DNA of 64,000 nt from the NCBI RefSeq assembly GCF_009914755.1, contig NC_060931.1. One strand, 5' to 3'. The translations under genes and the position numbers were made by a program. Positions 15,200 to 29,609 of this stretch are shown here, piece by piece (position 1 is the first letter of the stretch; every line of letters starts with the position of its first letter). The notes below the pieces were generated by a model, which was not told the origin of the DNA, did not search any database, and saw only the letters and a list, made by a program, of their open reading frames with translations. The DNA is from the human T2T-CHM13v2.0 reference genome, Homo sapiens.

Positions 15200-16100
15200 A
15201 TGATCATTGAACTCTGCTTTGCATAATGTACCATGCTACCACGAAGGGGGATCCAGAGATGGCCAAAGTACAGTTGTTAACTTCTAGGATTTTAGAACAA
15301 ACTGTTGACATAAGAAAGGTGCTTCTGTCTGCAAGCTGTAGTAAGTATTCTACAGAGTGCAGGTGGGATTCAGTGGAGGTGGTGATCACATTGATTGGAA
15401 ACATCAGGAGAAGCTTCTTCGTAGTTGCATTTGAGATAGGACCTAATGGGTCGGTCAGCTTTTCATAGACAGGGGGGAACGTTTGATGGAAATGAGGGAA
15501 AGTGTTTGTCTGAGCAGAGGATTGGATCTACTAGAACATAGGTTCAGAAAAGAGTGATTTGTCTTGCTAGAGTTGTAGTTATCTTGCAAAGGAAGGGATA
15601 GGAGATGAGACTGGAAAGGCAGCTTGGGACCACAGTGTGGAGGGCCCTGAAAGTTTGGCAGGAAACTTTTTACTTAATTCAGCTGACACTGTGGAGGCAC
15701 TGCGTGGTTTTGATGGAGAGTGATAGACTAGAGCTGGGCTGTGAAATCGGGCAGGCCTCACCATGCCAGATGAACTGCAGTGGAACAGACTACAGGAGAA
15801 CAGATACACTCAGCAACGTTGTGGAAATTAAGACCAGAGTCATCTCTGGACTGTTGGCATTGGGAGTGAAAAAGAGAGTTACTACACACATGAGGCATAC
15901 TGTGGTGTTAGTATTTCTTGATATTGGCAACTATCCTGACATGTGACCACCGAGGGGGATTCAGAGATGGGCAAAGTACAGTTGTTAACTTTTAGGAATT
16001 TAGAACAAGCTGTAGACATAAGAAAGGTGCTTCTGTCTGCAGACTGTAGTAAGTACTCTACAGAGTGCAGGTGGTCAACATGACTGGGAAGAAAGAGGTA
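15200..16100 (-). mobile_element. L2 remnant carrying local duplication B (15238-15366 / 15946-16074)
   Basis: Purine-rich degenerate L2 (ggagatgagactggaaaggcagcttgggacc...gagggccctgaa); the 129-bp direct repeat is unambiguous. Confidence 0.6.
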
Positions 16101-16545
16101 AGTACCTTCAATTAAAATAGGTTGTCAGGAAGCGGGCAGATTTCAGAGAATAACTCTTGGTAATTACCATACTATGGCACATTTACACAAATAGGCAAAG
16201 ATGGCAGGATAGGAAATATAGTTACTGGAGCCTATTAACCTTTACACTGTGAAAAACGAATTAGAAAAACTACACATATATGCTAAATATACAAAAACAT
16301 AGTTCTATGTATGTCTTTAATCATGGAATAGCAGCCAGAACATGGTGGTTACTTTTTCAGGTTTTATTTGAAATACTTGAAATGAAGATGCCAGAGAGGA
16401 ACAGTATTCTCCTATCTAATCTTACAAAAGTCTGCTTCCCATCTTATTCTGTCAAGCACTGGTTTCCAAGGAGATTCCGTGGGTAACCTATCATGTCATC
16501 AGTCTCAAGAATGTGGAGATCTACCCAAGTATCCCTAACATTTCT

Positions 16546-16880
<335 letters not shown>

Positions 16881-16972
16881 TAACCTGATATGATCTGTCA
16901 TCCATAAATTTCCTATCCTATTTCCCAGGCTTTTTATATTTTTAGACTGCACTCCACCATGTCATTGGACAC

Positions 16973-17371
16973 TGTCTCAGTCTGCTCAGGCTGCTGTAAC
17001 AAAATACCATAGACTGGGTGACTTAAACAACAGACATTTATTTTTCTCATGGTTCTGGAGGCTGGTAAGTCTAAGATCAAGATTCTGGCCAATTCGGTTC
17101 CTGATGAAGAACCCCTTCATGGCTTGCAGATGGCCACCTTCTTGCTGTGTCTTCACAGGCAGAGAAAGAACTCTCTCCCTCTTCTTCCTATAAAGCCACA
17201 AATCCCATCATGAGGGCCCTACCCTTATGAATTTCTCTTACCCTAATTATCTCCCTAAACACCTGATCTTCAAATACCATCACATCGGCAGTTAGGGCTT
17301 CAACATATGAATTGAACGTATGGGTGGGGGTGTGTAGGGTAGAGGAAGAGATACACAATTAGTCCATAGCA
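16973..17371 (-). mobile_element. MLT1A-like solo LTR
   Basis: tgtctcagtctgctcaggctgctgtaacaaaatacc...agtccatagca; near-TSD GACAC/GACAG. Confidence 0.82.
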
Positions 17372-17419
17372 GACAGTGAGCTTGTAATTCAGGGAGATAC
17401 TACCAATTATTTTTCAGGA

Positions 17420-17658
17420 CACTTACAATCAGGGCAGAAGGCGAAGGGGAAGTAAGGCATGTCTTCCCACTGTGAAGCAGAAGAGAGAGAGAAAGCAAAG
17501 GAAGCCACACATTTTAAAAAAATCAGATCTCTTGAGAACTCACTATCACAAGAACAGCATGGGGGAGACTGCCCCCGTGATCTAATGACTTCTCTCAATA
17601 GATGGGGTTTACAGTTCAAGGTGAGATTTGGGTGGAAACACAGAGCCAAACCATATCA
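17420..17658 (-). mobile_element. Partial MSTA/MSTB LTR
   Basis: acttacaatc..ggcagaaggcgaagggga...gagaactcactatcac...gagccaaaccatatca. Confidence 0.8.
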
Positions 17659-17699
17659 TTGATCCTATTATGTTTTATTCACTTAATCTGTCAAAGACT

Positions 17700-19030
17700 A
17701 TGAGAAGTATATTAGTCACTCATCATTGTAATTCTATCATTTTCTGTCTGTATTTCTGCTTTTTTATTGTTTTGTGTGTATCTTGATCTTGTTATTTGAA
17801 GCAAGATTTGTGACTTAAATTCCATTATAGGTTTTATCTTTTATCAACAGCAAAAATGTCTTTATGTATTCTAAAAGCATTTTGCTGTCACTTTTATATG
17901 ACATTTTCATTGTAACTTCTGCTTTCTTTTTTTTTTTTTGCTTTAAAAAAAAATCTTGCTCTGTGATTTTCATTCATTCATTCACTCATTGAAACAGCAC
18001 TTTTTTTTTTTTTTTTTTTTTTAGCTCTTAGCAATATATAGAAGTGAGCAGGACAGCCGTGGTCCTTTCTTGGGAAGTTTATATTCTAGTGTGGGAAATT
18101 GTACAATAAATAAAATAATTCTAATAGTAGTAAGTGCTATGAAGAAAACACAATAGTATGCTAACATGATAAACATCATGATAAAAGGCCTTTAAGTAGC
18201 AGTGGAGATTATTTGTCAGTTAATAAAGGGATTTAAAACAATTACATTTACTGAAATAGCTGATATGTGTATGATCTTACATCAGTTATCTTATTTTAGG
18301 TTTTCTGAGGTTTTGTTTCCATTTAGTTTGTAGTCCATTTAGTTTTTAGTTCCATTTAGTTATGAGTAATATCTTGCTTTATTTGCTTGTTTTCTTCTCA
18401 ATTGGTTTGGAAGATGATGTTATTTTTATTTACATAAGTGGATATTTTTACATTCACTGAAAACATTCTCTAATCTAAATTTTGCCTTTTTATCAAATCA
18501 AACAATTATATCTTTTGCTTTCTTCCTGTAACATGAGAAATTTAATCATCCACGGTCTTGCTATTTTATGGTCTTTATTAATATAGTCTTAAAGATTCCA
18601 TTTAATTAATTGTATTAACTGTACTTAATAGGTTTTCTTAGCTACAATAATTATACCGACTTCCATATTTAACAGCTTTTAATGCTTACTGTCAATTTGT
18701 GTACAATAATTTAACCTTTCTGAATTTCTTAATTTTAGTGGTAAACATGTTTACATATTACTTTATAAATGTCTTCAGTATATTCTTAAGCTCTTGGATA
18801 TTTAAAAGTGGTTTTCTATGGTCTTTACAAAGGAACAGTAATTTTACTAGCTATAAAAGTCTTATGTTATAATCTTTGGTTTGCTCAAAATGATCACTCT
18901 ATGGTTTTCTGGCCAACCTGATTTTTCTTCATTAGTAGGGAATATGTTTTATCTTTTCTGTTTCATGCTATAATTTATTTTTTATACCTTTGAAGTTTAG
19001 AAATTTACTATGTATCAAGATAGGTGTGTC
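17700..19030 (-). mobile_element. Ancient L1M fragment (ORF1/endonuclease region) with a nested L2 3' end at ~17968-18170
   Basis: T-rich degenerate L1M; cattcattcattca L2 tail at 17971. Confidence 0.5.
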
Positions 19031-19059
19031 TCAAGGCCAAGTGAGAGTTAGCAAAAACA

Positions 19060-21680
19060 GGTTACAGAGTCAGATCTGCAAAGGTCTCAGATATTGGTAT
19101 ATCTCATATAACACAAACTAAATATGTTTACTATATTTAAATAAATAAAAGGCAAACTTAAAATATTATAATGATCATGAGAATTAAAAATTAAGTGTAT
19201 TTGGGAAAAAATAGAACATTAGAAATTAAAAACAGTTATTCAATGCATAGGTTAAAGAGTATATTAGACATAAGCAAAGAGAGATTTTATAGGCTAGAAA
19301 ACAGATCTGAAGGATTACTCAGAATGTAACACAGAGAGACATAGAAATGCATAATAATAGCATGAAGGATATAATGAAGAGGTGTGTCTAACATCCATCT
19401 TAATGGAGAGACAAGGTCAGGGAATGGGGCAGGGACAATATATGAAAATTAGGAGCTAGGAATTTTCCAAAACTATTAAAAAAAAAAAATCTGTCTTCAG
19501 ATTTAGAAAGCCCCCCAAACACAAAGAAGAATAAATGAAAGAAATCCACATTAGACATATAATAGTGACTCAGTATAACACCAAAGACAAACAAAATGAC
19601 CTTAAAAGACTGCCTTAAAGGAATTAACAGACCTAAAGCTGATTTGTCAGTAACAGCACTGGATCCAAAGGCAGTCAAATAATATCTTCAAAGTGGTGAG
19701 AAAATATAACTCAATCTAGAAGTCCATGTTCAGCAAAAATTTGAAGATTAAGGGCAAAATAATTTTTTTCAGATATATAAAACCTGAGTGAATATGCAGC
19801 AAGAGACTCTCTCTAAAGGAAATTCTAAGTGATGTACGTCAGGCTGAAGGAAAATGATCCCAGATGGAAGATGTGACCTACAAGAGGGAATGACGAACTA
19901 AGAAAGTGGTTTATATGAGAATAAATCTAAACTAAAATTGATTGGTGAAACAATAATGTAATGGCTTATAGCCAACAACTCCGTAGAGAAGTGATTAGAG
20001 TGAAAGCATTCTAAAGTCCTTGCTTTATGTAGGAAGTTGGTTAAAACAAAAACAAAAGCCACTGACTAAGTATGCATGTTAACATTTCTAGGGTATTCAC
20101 TAAAGAAAAGAAATAGTATAACTCTAAACTAGTGGAGATTTAAAAAGGAACAAAAAAAGTTAGTCAACCCAAAAGCAGTTAAAAAAAGAAGAGAAAAAGA
20201 AAGGAAGACAAAGCATAACAAGATGATAGAACAAATGTGAATATCAGTTACTATACTATATGTAAATTAAATTTTCCTGTTAAAAAGCACAGTTTATTAG
20301 ATTAAATTCAAAAGATAGACTAGCTTTAAAAATCTAAATACAGTACTGTGGTTTACGTGAAAACCCTACATAAGGGTACGTAAAGGTTTTGAGAAATAGG
20401 GTGACATAACTACAAATATAGGTGGAATGAACTTTAAGGCAAAAGGTGTTACCAGAGATAGAGGGTCACAAGATAATGGTAAAAGATTCATTTCACCAGG
20501 AAAATATGACACTTCTAATGTTGTATGCCCCCAATAACAGACTAAAATTATATAAAGTAAAAAATGGACAGAAACACAAGGATAAAAAGAAAAAATGTCA
20601 TCAGAATTGGAGGTTGGAATCTACTTCTTTTAGTAATTGATTTATTGAATAAACCAGGGATCAGCGAACATTTTCTGAAAGAGAGGCCAGATAAATATTT
20701 TAGGCCTTGCAGGGCGCATATAGTCTGTTTTGTGTATTCCTCTTTGCACCATACTTAGCTCATTGGGCCATACAACAACAGGCTAAACAGATTGAGTCCA
20801 CAGGGTATAGTTTGTTGACCTCTGAAATAGAGAGTAAAAATTAGTGAGGGAATACATGATTTGAGCAACAGAGTTAATAAGGTTGATATTGACCATACAC
20901 GTATGGAAGAGACATTCTTCTCAAGGATGCATGGAAGATTTATGAAAATAAGAAGCATACAGGACCATAGAGCAAATATCAATAAATGGCAAAAGATTAT
21001 TATCTTACAATCAACATTATCCAGTCAACTAATACAATTAGTAAAACCACTTTTAGCAATAATCTGGCATTTCTTCATTAAATACGTGATTCTTTCATGA
21101 TCCAGCAAGTTCATTCCTGGTCATATGCTCTGGATGAACTCTTGTACACTGATAGACATACAAGAATGATCACAGTGCTATTCATGGTAGAAGAAGCTAG
21201 AAACAACACAAATATCCATCATCCACAGAATGAATAAATAAATAATGTTTATTCACAAATGAAATACTCTTAAGGATATGAAAATAGATTTAAAACTGCT
21301 TCACATAGCAGTATGGATGAATCTTAACATAGTTTTAAGAGAATAAAGCAAACCACAGAAGAATAAATACAATTATGAAATTCAAAACATGCAAAGCTAT
21401 CCGATATATTATTTAGAGAGAAATATATAGATATATTGATCTATATATTTGTCATGTAGCTATAAAGAAGAGCAAAACAAGAATAAATGCAAAATTCAGA
21501 TTAGCATTTACTTTCTAGCAGGGGAGGAAAAGGAATAGATGGGAGTGAGAGCAGACTCCAGAGTTCCTGGTAATGTTCTGTTCCTTAAATTGGGTGGTGA
21601 AACACAGCTGATTGTTGTATTTTATTCTTTATGCCTTACACATATTATAGTATCTCGTCATTGTTTAATAAATGAAATAA
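19060..21680 (+). mobile_element. Ancient L1M (L1ME/MC-like) running ORF1, EN, then 3' end with large internal deletions
   Basis: A-rich ORF1-like sequence, EN remnant (KIMVKDSFHQENMTLLMLYAPNN) and L1M 3' motifs (gtatggatgaatctt; ggtaatgttctgttccttaa). Confidence 0.7.
20656..20825 (+). mobile_element. MER58A (hAT-Charlie) inserted in L1M
   Basis: cagggatcagcgaacattttctg..aggccagataaatattttaggccttgcagg...tagtttgttgacctctg. Confidence 0.75.
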
Positions 21681-21732
21681 ATTACACAGTGGGGATGGAG
21701 TAAGGAAGTATGGAAACAGCAAGGGTGGGCAC

Positions 21733-22003
21733 TTTTTTTGTTTTTTGAGACTGGGTCTTGCTCTGTCATCACCCGTTCTGGAAGGCAGGTGCATAATCAT
21801 GGCTCACTGCTGCCTCAATCTCCTGGGCTCTGCCAGTCCTCCTGCCTCAGCCTCCCCCAAGCTGGGACCACAGACACATGCCATCATGCCAGGCTAATTT
21901 AAAAAAAAATTATTTGTACACATAGGGTCCCCCTATGTTGCCCAGACGGATCTTGAACTCCGGGGCTCAAGCCCTTCTCTTGCCTCGGCCACCAAACCCG
22001 GCC
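21733..22003 (-). mobile_element. AluJ (diverged)
   Basis: Antisense dimeric Alu with J-type features. Confidence 0.85.
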
Positions 22004-22829
22004 AGATGAACACTTTTTTTTGAGCCTTTTTACTCTTGCTGTACACGAGAGCAGAGCAATAGAACAGTAGGTTGGAGGGAGACAGGAGTAAAAGGGTTTC
22101 TTTGTAAATAGGACTTACAATAGCATGTTCGAATGCTAATAGGAATGATCCGGGAGAGAGGGGGAAAAGTCATAATAAGGAAGAAGAGAAGGTAGTTTCA
22201 AGAACAAAGTTCTTAAGAAGCAATGCAATCTACAAATGAGTGGTTTGGCCTTAGGGTCAAGTTGACAAGTTTAATGGGGATTGGGGAAGAATATATGTTA
22301 CAGTTGCATGTAGGTTGGTAGATTTGTTTGTGGGAAGATGAAGATCACATCTAGAGATTTATGACCATAAATTTAAAATGAAACTAGTCATCATGATTCT
22401 GTGCTTTCCTCCAACTCATATCCAGCTGCTCAAGTGCCTGCAGGTTTGCAGTTGGCAGAAAATTGGGCTTAACTGAGGTTGAGGTTTTGCTAGCTGAAAA
22501 CATGGTCGGAACAAACAGGCAATGGAATTGGGGTGTATACAATGATGAAACAGAGAATTCAAGCTGGATGAAGAAAGAATAGACATGATGGTGACCTAGA
22601 CAGTGCAAAAATGGACCCCCCATTTTGGGGGGCAGGGCAGGTCACAAAATTGGCAGAGTGTAGCTTCCAGAGTATGTGAGGCAGATTGTTAGGTAAATAG
22701 GGTTCTGGGGTTAGTGTAGTTGTTAGTGTCAGGGTCTAAGATGATCATGGGAATACCCAGCTCGGTTGAAAGAAAAGGATTTTGGAGGACATGGAACTGA
22801 GAGGATGAAGTGTTGGATGGGTTGTATAT

Positions 22830-23010
22830 GCTCGTGGTCTTCAACCCCGACTGCACATCAGAATAATCTGAGGGACTTTCATAGAATATTGATGCCCCGG
22901 CCCCACCCCAGACCAATTAAATCAGGATCTCTGGGTGTGGTTTCTCGGGAATTTATATTTTAAAAGAGCTCCCTGAGTGATTGTAGCGTGCATTTAGGTT
23001 CACGTAGCTA
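22830..23010. mobile_element. MER5A/B (hAT-Charlie)
   Basis: ctgcacatcagaat...ccccaccccagaccaattaaatcag..tctctgggtgtgg. Confidence 0.75.
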
Positions 23011-23833
23011 CGTGAATGTTGGCATTGCCAAGCCAATAAAAGAAGCAGTAGAGAGAACTGTTGTAGACTGGGGGACTATGGGAGGAAGGAGGATTGATTC
23101 AGAGGATCCCCGACTACTTGAACAGCACTTAGCACAATTTATTGTATATAGTGTGCACTCAATTAATGGTAGCTCTTTTTATTTTTGTTATTATTGTCAT
23201 CATCATTATTATTGACAGTGGCAATAGCAGCAGCATTATCCTGGGGAAAGTCTCCAGATGTTTTATCAAAGGTTCTTCACAGAAGGTTAAAAAGCACTAG
23301 TTTTAGATGATCATCAAGGAAAGTTCCTAATAAAGTTTGGCAAAAAAGCTAGAAGTTAGCAATATTCTGAATTGACGTTCTACAGTTGTTGTGAAGCTTG
23401 GAGGAGTTGTACTCCATCATAGCCTGGCTTAGCAGTCTGCACTTGTCAGAAGCCAGCAGGTTAGGAGTTGGGTACCTTCTTTTCTCATGTCAAAAACCTA
23501 AAGGCTAAGACAGCTGGTTGCTATTTTCCTGCCAATAGGAACCTTAGAGCCTTTTAGTTGTGTTTCAGTGTACCTGTGCCAGGGTTGGGATTGGGAAGAG
23601 GAGACAGGGATTAAACATATAACATTCTAATATTTTATTTTACATTCCCAAATTACTTCGTGTGCATGTATACACTCTTACTCCCTTCTCTGCAAAAGGA
23701 GTATTATGAGTCGGGTAAACAGTACTATTTAAAGCTAATGTGTACTTGTGGGTACTTTAGTGACTCCCGAAGATGTGGTTCCACTGAAGAATGCAAGGAA
23801 TTATAGCTACGAACTGTCAATATAACAAGTGAT

Positions 23834-24128
23834 CTTTTTTTTTTTTTTTTTTTTTTGAGGCCAGTTGTTGCTCTGTCGCCAAGGCTGGAGTGCAATGGCA
23901 CGATCATGGCTCAGATTTCAGGCTCAAGCGATCCTCCCACCTCAGCCTCCCAAGTACACTGGGACCACAGGCACACACCTCCACACTCGGCTAATTTTTG
24001 TATTTTTTGTAGAGTTGGGTTCTCCTTATGTTGCTCAGGCAGGTCTTCAACTCCTGGGCTCAAGTGATCCTCCCACCTTGGCCTCCCAAAGTGCTAGGAT
24101 TACAGGTGTGAACCACCACACCTGGCTC
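23834..24128 (-). mobile_element. AluJ
   Basis: Poly(T) plus antisense Alu body with ctcctgggctcaagtgatcctccc. Confidence 0.9.
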
Positions 24129-27100
24129 ACAAATTATCACATTTTTGTACAATTGCATACGAAAATATATTTTAATATACATTCACTGGATCACTGGGAA
24201 AGCTGGCATGCAAGCAGCTTAGAAAAGACAATATCAAAGAAAGAATTCGAAAATATCCCCATTTGGAACATTCCAGAATAGTTCCGCTCTAATTTGAAGA
24301 GTAATGAGATACATCTCTCTCTTTATATCCAACCAGATTTTAGCTTGCTATAAAGAGACAAACCTCCTATATTTTGTTTCCAATTGTCTTTGCACTCCAT
24401 AATAATTCATGTCAGCTTGCATTATAAATGAATAAAAGATCTAATTTAAAAACCTATCATCTGATATGGGATGCCATACACTTTTCTCCATGGCCCTGTA
24501 TGAAACAAAAATAATGATGACAACATTGGACAATGACACCAGGCAGTAAACAATGTAATTTCTGTACAGTGTCTCTGTCGGGTATGTTAGGTAAGCAATA
24601 ACAGCAAACTAAAGTTTATGTTTTATAAACCAATCATTTTTGATACTTTCAGCAACATCTTTGTCCTCATTTCAAGCTTGAAATTCCCAACTGTTCATTT
24701 ATTATTACGTGACACTGAGTGGCTTAGTTCTGTGAGCCCCAGTTCTTTCTCTGTAAAATGAGGATAACTCTGCCTTCTGCGCAGGGATGATATTATTAAA
24801 AGCAAATGATTGTGGAAATGCTTTGCAAATTAGAAATTTCTACACATAATGGTTTTTATCATCGTTTATTTTTTGTTGTTGTATTTCTAATCCAAAACGT
24901 GGACCTTATTTTGATAAGCACAACCGAGACCTAGACAGCTTTAAAACCTGATTTGGCATTACCAATATGACACAAGGTCTTAAGATGTCTTATTTCCAAC
25001 TTGTGATTGTGATCTGTCAAATTTTAGAATGACTTATTAAGGTCTAAAAGAGAAATATTACTGTATTTTCTGATAACCTGTGGGCAGTTCCCTGATGGTA
25101 TTGAGTAAAATGTGGCAAGGCAAATTAAGTTACCTTTTTTTAAAAAAAAAAAAAACTAATATGGGTATTTCACTAAGAAAGCTTATTATCTGAAGAAAGC
25201 TATTATTAAAATAAAGAGTACATCCCTTACTCAATATGTATTCTTCAGAATATTGGTCACTGGTGATCCATCCTTGTTTCTTTTAGCCTATCCTGAGAAA
25301 ATTCTTTTTCACCCCATTCAATAAATATTTAAGCACCTGTGATATGCCAGCCATGGTACTCAGGGAGGAAGACAGAATACAGTTATTGTTAAAAAGGTAG
25401 ACAGTGTCCATGCCCTCCCAGACCTCTCAGTCTATAGGGGACAAAGGTAGTTACAAAACCCAGTAGGGTCTGTCCTGTGACTGTGAAGGGGGACGCTGTG
25501 GGCCAAGTGGATACTCTTGCCATTTCTTAAATAATATGGTTCTTTTTGAGATGGTTCATCCAGTACTCTTAGCCCTTCAAAGAGAGATTTTTCTGGACAT
25601 ACAAATTTAAGAATCTAGTTAGTGAGTGGATTTTGCAGAAAATAAGTAAAGTCTCTCTGCCACTTTAAGAAAGAAAAGCAGAAGATGCCATTTTAAGTTC
25701 ACTGCTTTTTAAAGTTGAGCATTTGACTGCAAAGTTTGTGAAAGGTCAATTGCTTTAGCATGTAGGTGTCCCTATCAGGGCCCATGTTTGTCTATTCTGA
25801 GATTCACTGCGAAGTTGAACCTCTTTCTTGGCTGAATCAGTTGCTCATTGGGTGGTTCTAGAACTAAAATGATTGCTAAAGACTGGTAGATTCTCCTGTG
25901 AAGAATAGTAAACCTGTTTTAAAGTGAAAGATTGTTAGAACTTAGAGTACTGTTCTTCCGATTGCTTAGAGAGCTTTGTGTACCTCCCTGTTTATTTGAA
26001 CTAGTCTTTGAGTGGATTGGCAATGAAGAATAATATTCGTATTCTAACACGCACATAATATATGAAAGGAGATGAAGTATACTACCTATAGTTGTCTTAT
26101 TTATTATTACCTAACATTTTATTGTGCTGTTTATTTGGATAGAGTTCAAACTTGTTCGTGAATATGGACCTAGTAGGCTGGAAATAAACTTAAGACCCAG
26201 TAAAAAAGAGTTGTAACAAAAGAGTTGCTATGTTTTCTGCAGTGAGGATTCCTTATCACTTTGTGATTCTTAGATAAAATCCTTTCCATCCAGGAAAAAT
26301 TATACTTCCAGAATTTACCAAACTGACAGAACAACTAACATGCCCCAGGCCAAGTAATGTCAGTTCTGTAATCCCCTAAAGCCATTCCTTCCCATAATTG
26401 CAAAAACTAACAGGGAACCCCCACACCCTGGCCCCTGCACCCTTGCCTGCCATGCTATATGTTTAAAATTGACATTTGCTTGCAAGAGTAAACTGAGTGA
26501 GATACTAATTCTTGGTTTATGACAAAGTGTTCCTTTCTGGCTTGCCAGTGGGAATGAAGGAATGCTTTTGCGTAATGCCTGAATACTTATCCTAAATTCA
26601 TAGCCGCCTTCTACCTGACTAAATAAAAATGTATGCCAAAATTATTTTGAGGACCACTCTGGTCGCCTCTTCTTTCTCTTAACAAGAGGCTGGCACAGCA
26701 TTTCCCACATACCCTGTATGCCGTCACTTGCAGATGTGATTATTGCAGAACCTTAATCTGAATCTCAGAGTGGAAACTGGTTGACATGAGGGCACAAATT
26801 CTGACACAGTCCAGAATTTTTTTTTTCTTTTTGCTTTCAACAGCCTCTTTGCTGCAGACTTACCATTTCTCCTTTCAAGGTGGAGCTAAATGTTTAAATA
26901 CTATCACATAGGTCCTGGTTGTTTTAAAGTGTCCTACCTAGTTATGTCTCTGCTATTAACTTTTATTTTGTATTGTTAGTAGGTCCTCTTAAAGGAGCCC
27001 AGGTGCATTTTATAGCAGTGACTGGCGTTGGTAGTATCTTCCCCAACATCACTGTGTTGGAATTGGCATTCATTGATGTTAAGATCAAAATGACAGCTCT

Positions 27101-27553
27101 TCTTTTGTATGACTTCACCTAACACATGATTATCTGGATTCATTTTTCTTATCTTTTTTCCATTTTAGTTCAAAGTTAGACTGTAAGAAATAAAGTTAGA
27201 CTCTAAGAACACAAGGCTGATTCATTAAGTAAGTACATTTTTTCTTAGGCATCTACCATCCACAGGTTTCTCATCCCTACCCTCCAGTGCCATGTAAGAT
27301 GCTAGTGATCCATCTAATATGTTAAACACATTCACATAAAATATTAGGGACCCCTTAATTTACTGTTTACAGCCTTTATGCTTCTAAAAAGATTTTTAGT
27401 TTGCATTAAGAACTTATCTTTTTACAATTTATACTTTAAAACAGTAGAAAAGACATAGATAATTTCTGTTTAGTACAAAAGAATCCCCACCCAAGGTAAA
27501 TCTTTTTTACGTAAAAAAATTTACATAAATTATTACATAATAGACTTCTAGGG

Positions 27554-27872
27554 CTGCACTGTCCAATATGGTAGCCACAGTCACATGTGGCTATTGAACA
27601 TTTGTAATGTGGGTAGTCTGAATTGAAACTTGCTGTAAGTGTAAAATATGAACTGGATTTCAAAGTCTTAGTGTCATAAAATGAATTTAAAATTTTCATT
27701 AATAATTTTTTATACCAATTATGTTTTGGACTGACGTTTTAGATATATTGGGTTAAATAAAATATATTATTAAAATTAATTTTAGCTATTTCCTTTTCCT
27801 TTTTTACTGTGGCTACTGGGAAATTTTAAATTACATATGTAGTTCTTATTAATTTCTATTTAACAAGCTGCT
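27554..27872 (-). mobile_element. MER33
   Basis: ctgcactgtccaatatggtagccac...gatatattgggttaaataaaatatattattaaaattaattt. Confidence 0.82.
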
Positions 27873-29342
27873 CTATAGGGATCAAGATCTTCTCTTCTAA
27901 CCCTGTCATTTTAGACTTCAGGAAACCTCATAGAATTTAGAGAATTTAAGTGACTTGCTTTAGGTCACATAGCATTTTAGTATAGTAGTAAAGCTTGAGA
28001 CTAGAAATTTCTTTTAAATGTTAAGACTAGTGCCCTTCTCAGTGAAACTAGCTTTTTGTGACTCTGACACTTTTATTATAAGAGGAAATGTCTATTCTTC
28101 AGAATTTTTCACTGAACTCTTTAAAGCAAAGAGTCTCTCTATACTGTAGGTAAATGTTCCTTTTTGTTTGTTTCATAAATTTGAAATATCAGTTATTAGC
28201 TATTCTTAAAATGGCGATGGTTTTCCCTATGAAAACCTTACATACAGAACCGTTATGGCAGCAGAAATATTTTTTAAATAGATCTAGTTAATACCGTAGT
28301 AGAGTTTTCAAATTTCCTTGCACACTTGTAATACAAATATGTCATAAATTACAAATTTTTATTGGGTATCTTCCAATAACAGCTATCATGTTAGCATATA
28401 ACTGGGAAATGATGCCAGTAAGAATAAGGCCTCCAGGCTATGTATTTCCTTGGTAAATTGTTAATACTAGGCAACTATTTATTTTCTCTTGCTAAGCTTT
28501 AACACTCTTTTTGCTAGTATTGTGAGAACAGTCTATCTTTGAGTGAGAGATTTACTCAATCATAGTAAAGTAATCCAGAATTCAGTTCTTAAGAACAGTG
28601 TCGAGTAGTGCTGCGTGATGTATGAACTGTGACCTTGGGCCATTTATTTAATGTGTCTGTGTCTCACCTTCCTATCTGTAAATTGGGGTTAATACTATTT
28701 ATCTGTAAGGTAGTTGTGCAGATTTCAATGACACGTGTAAAGAATATATAGCATGATATTCCATAATATCTCATAGTGTCCATTTTATCTCAAAGAAAAG
28801 GTAAAGGTCAAGTATTTATTCTTTTCTTTAAAATATCTTTAGTCTTCTCCTGTTCCCTAGAAATCCTCTACCACTGAACTAACAGTTTTTGGTCAAATCT
28901 GGTCATAGTGACATCTTATTTTCCATAGATATGTAAAAATTTGTAATTATTACCTGCAAGAGATATTACAATTCATACAACACTAATAGCTGGAGATACT
29001 TTCATTACAAATACAATGTTCATAAAATATCACATGTATAAAATAAATGTAAACAGATGAGACTATCTTAAAAAGCTCAGCTGAGTAGTAATATTTTTTA
29101 ATTGGATTTTCAAAATCATGGTAAAATTTTGATATGTTTTGATGGCTATTCCAAATACTGCTATTATAACATTGAATTGGATTTTAAAACTTGATGTGTA
29201 CTGAGAGTTAGATTGTCGAAACCAATACTTTTCAATAATAACTCTTCCAGAATTTCAAATATTTTAACATGGAAGTATGGAAATTGAGTCACATAAGTTT
29301 ACTTAAAAGACTTTTCATTCTATTTTAAAAATATATTTGATC

Positions 29343-29609
29343 CACCGCATATTCTCACTCATAGATGGGAATTGAACAATGAGATCACATGGACACAGGA
29401 AGGGGAATATCACACTCTGGGGACTGTGGTGGGGTCGGGGGAGGGGGGAGGGATAGCATTGGGAGATATACCTAATGCTAGATGACACATTAGTGGGTGC
29501 AGCGCACCAGCATGGCACATGTATACATATGTAACTAACCTGCACAATATGCACATGTACCCTAAAACTTAGAGTATAATAAAAAAAAAAAAAAAGACAG
29601 CAATGCAAA

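Noticed and set aside
18318-18361. Short tandem micro-duplications (also ~13997-14026, ~25175-25207, ~27172-27209)
   Set aside because: Ordinary slippage-type repeats of 2-3 units with no spacers; not CRISPR-like.
21421-21450. 12-bp inverted repeat AAATATATAGAT/ATCTATATATTT (and a 10-bp one at 44806-44840)
   Set aside because: Short or low-complexity AT-rich stems, plausible by chance or TA slippage.
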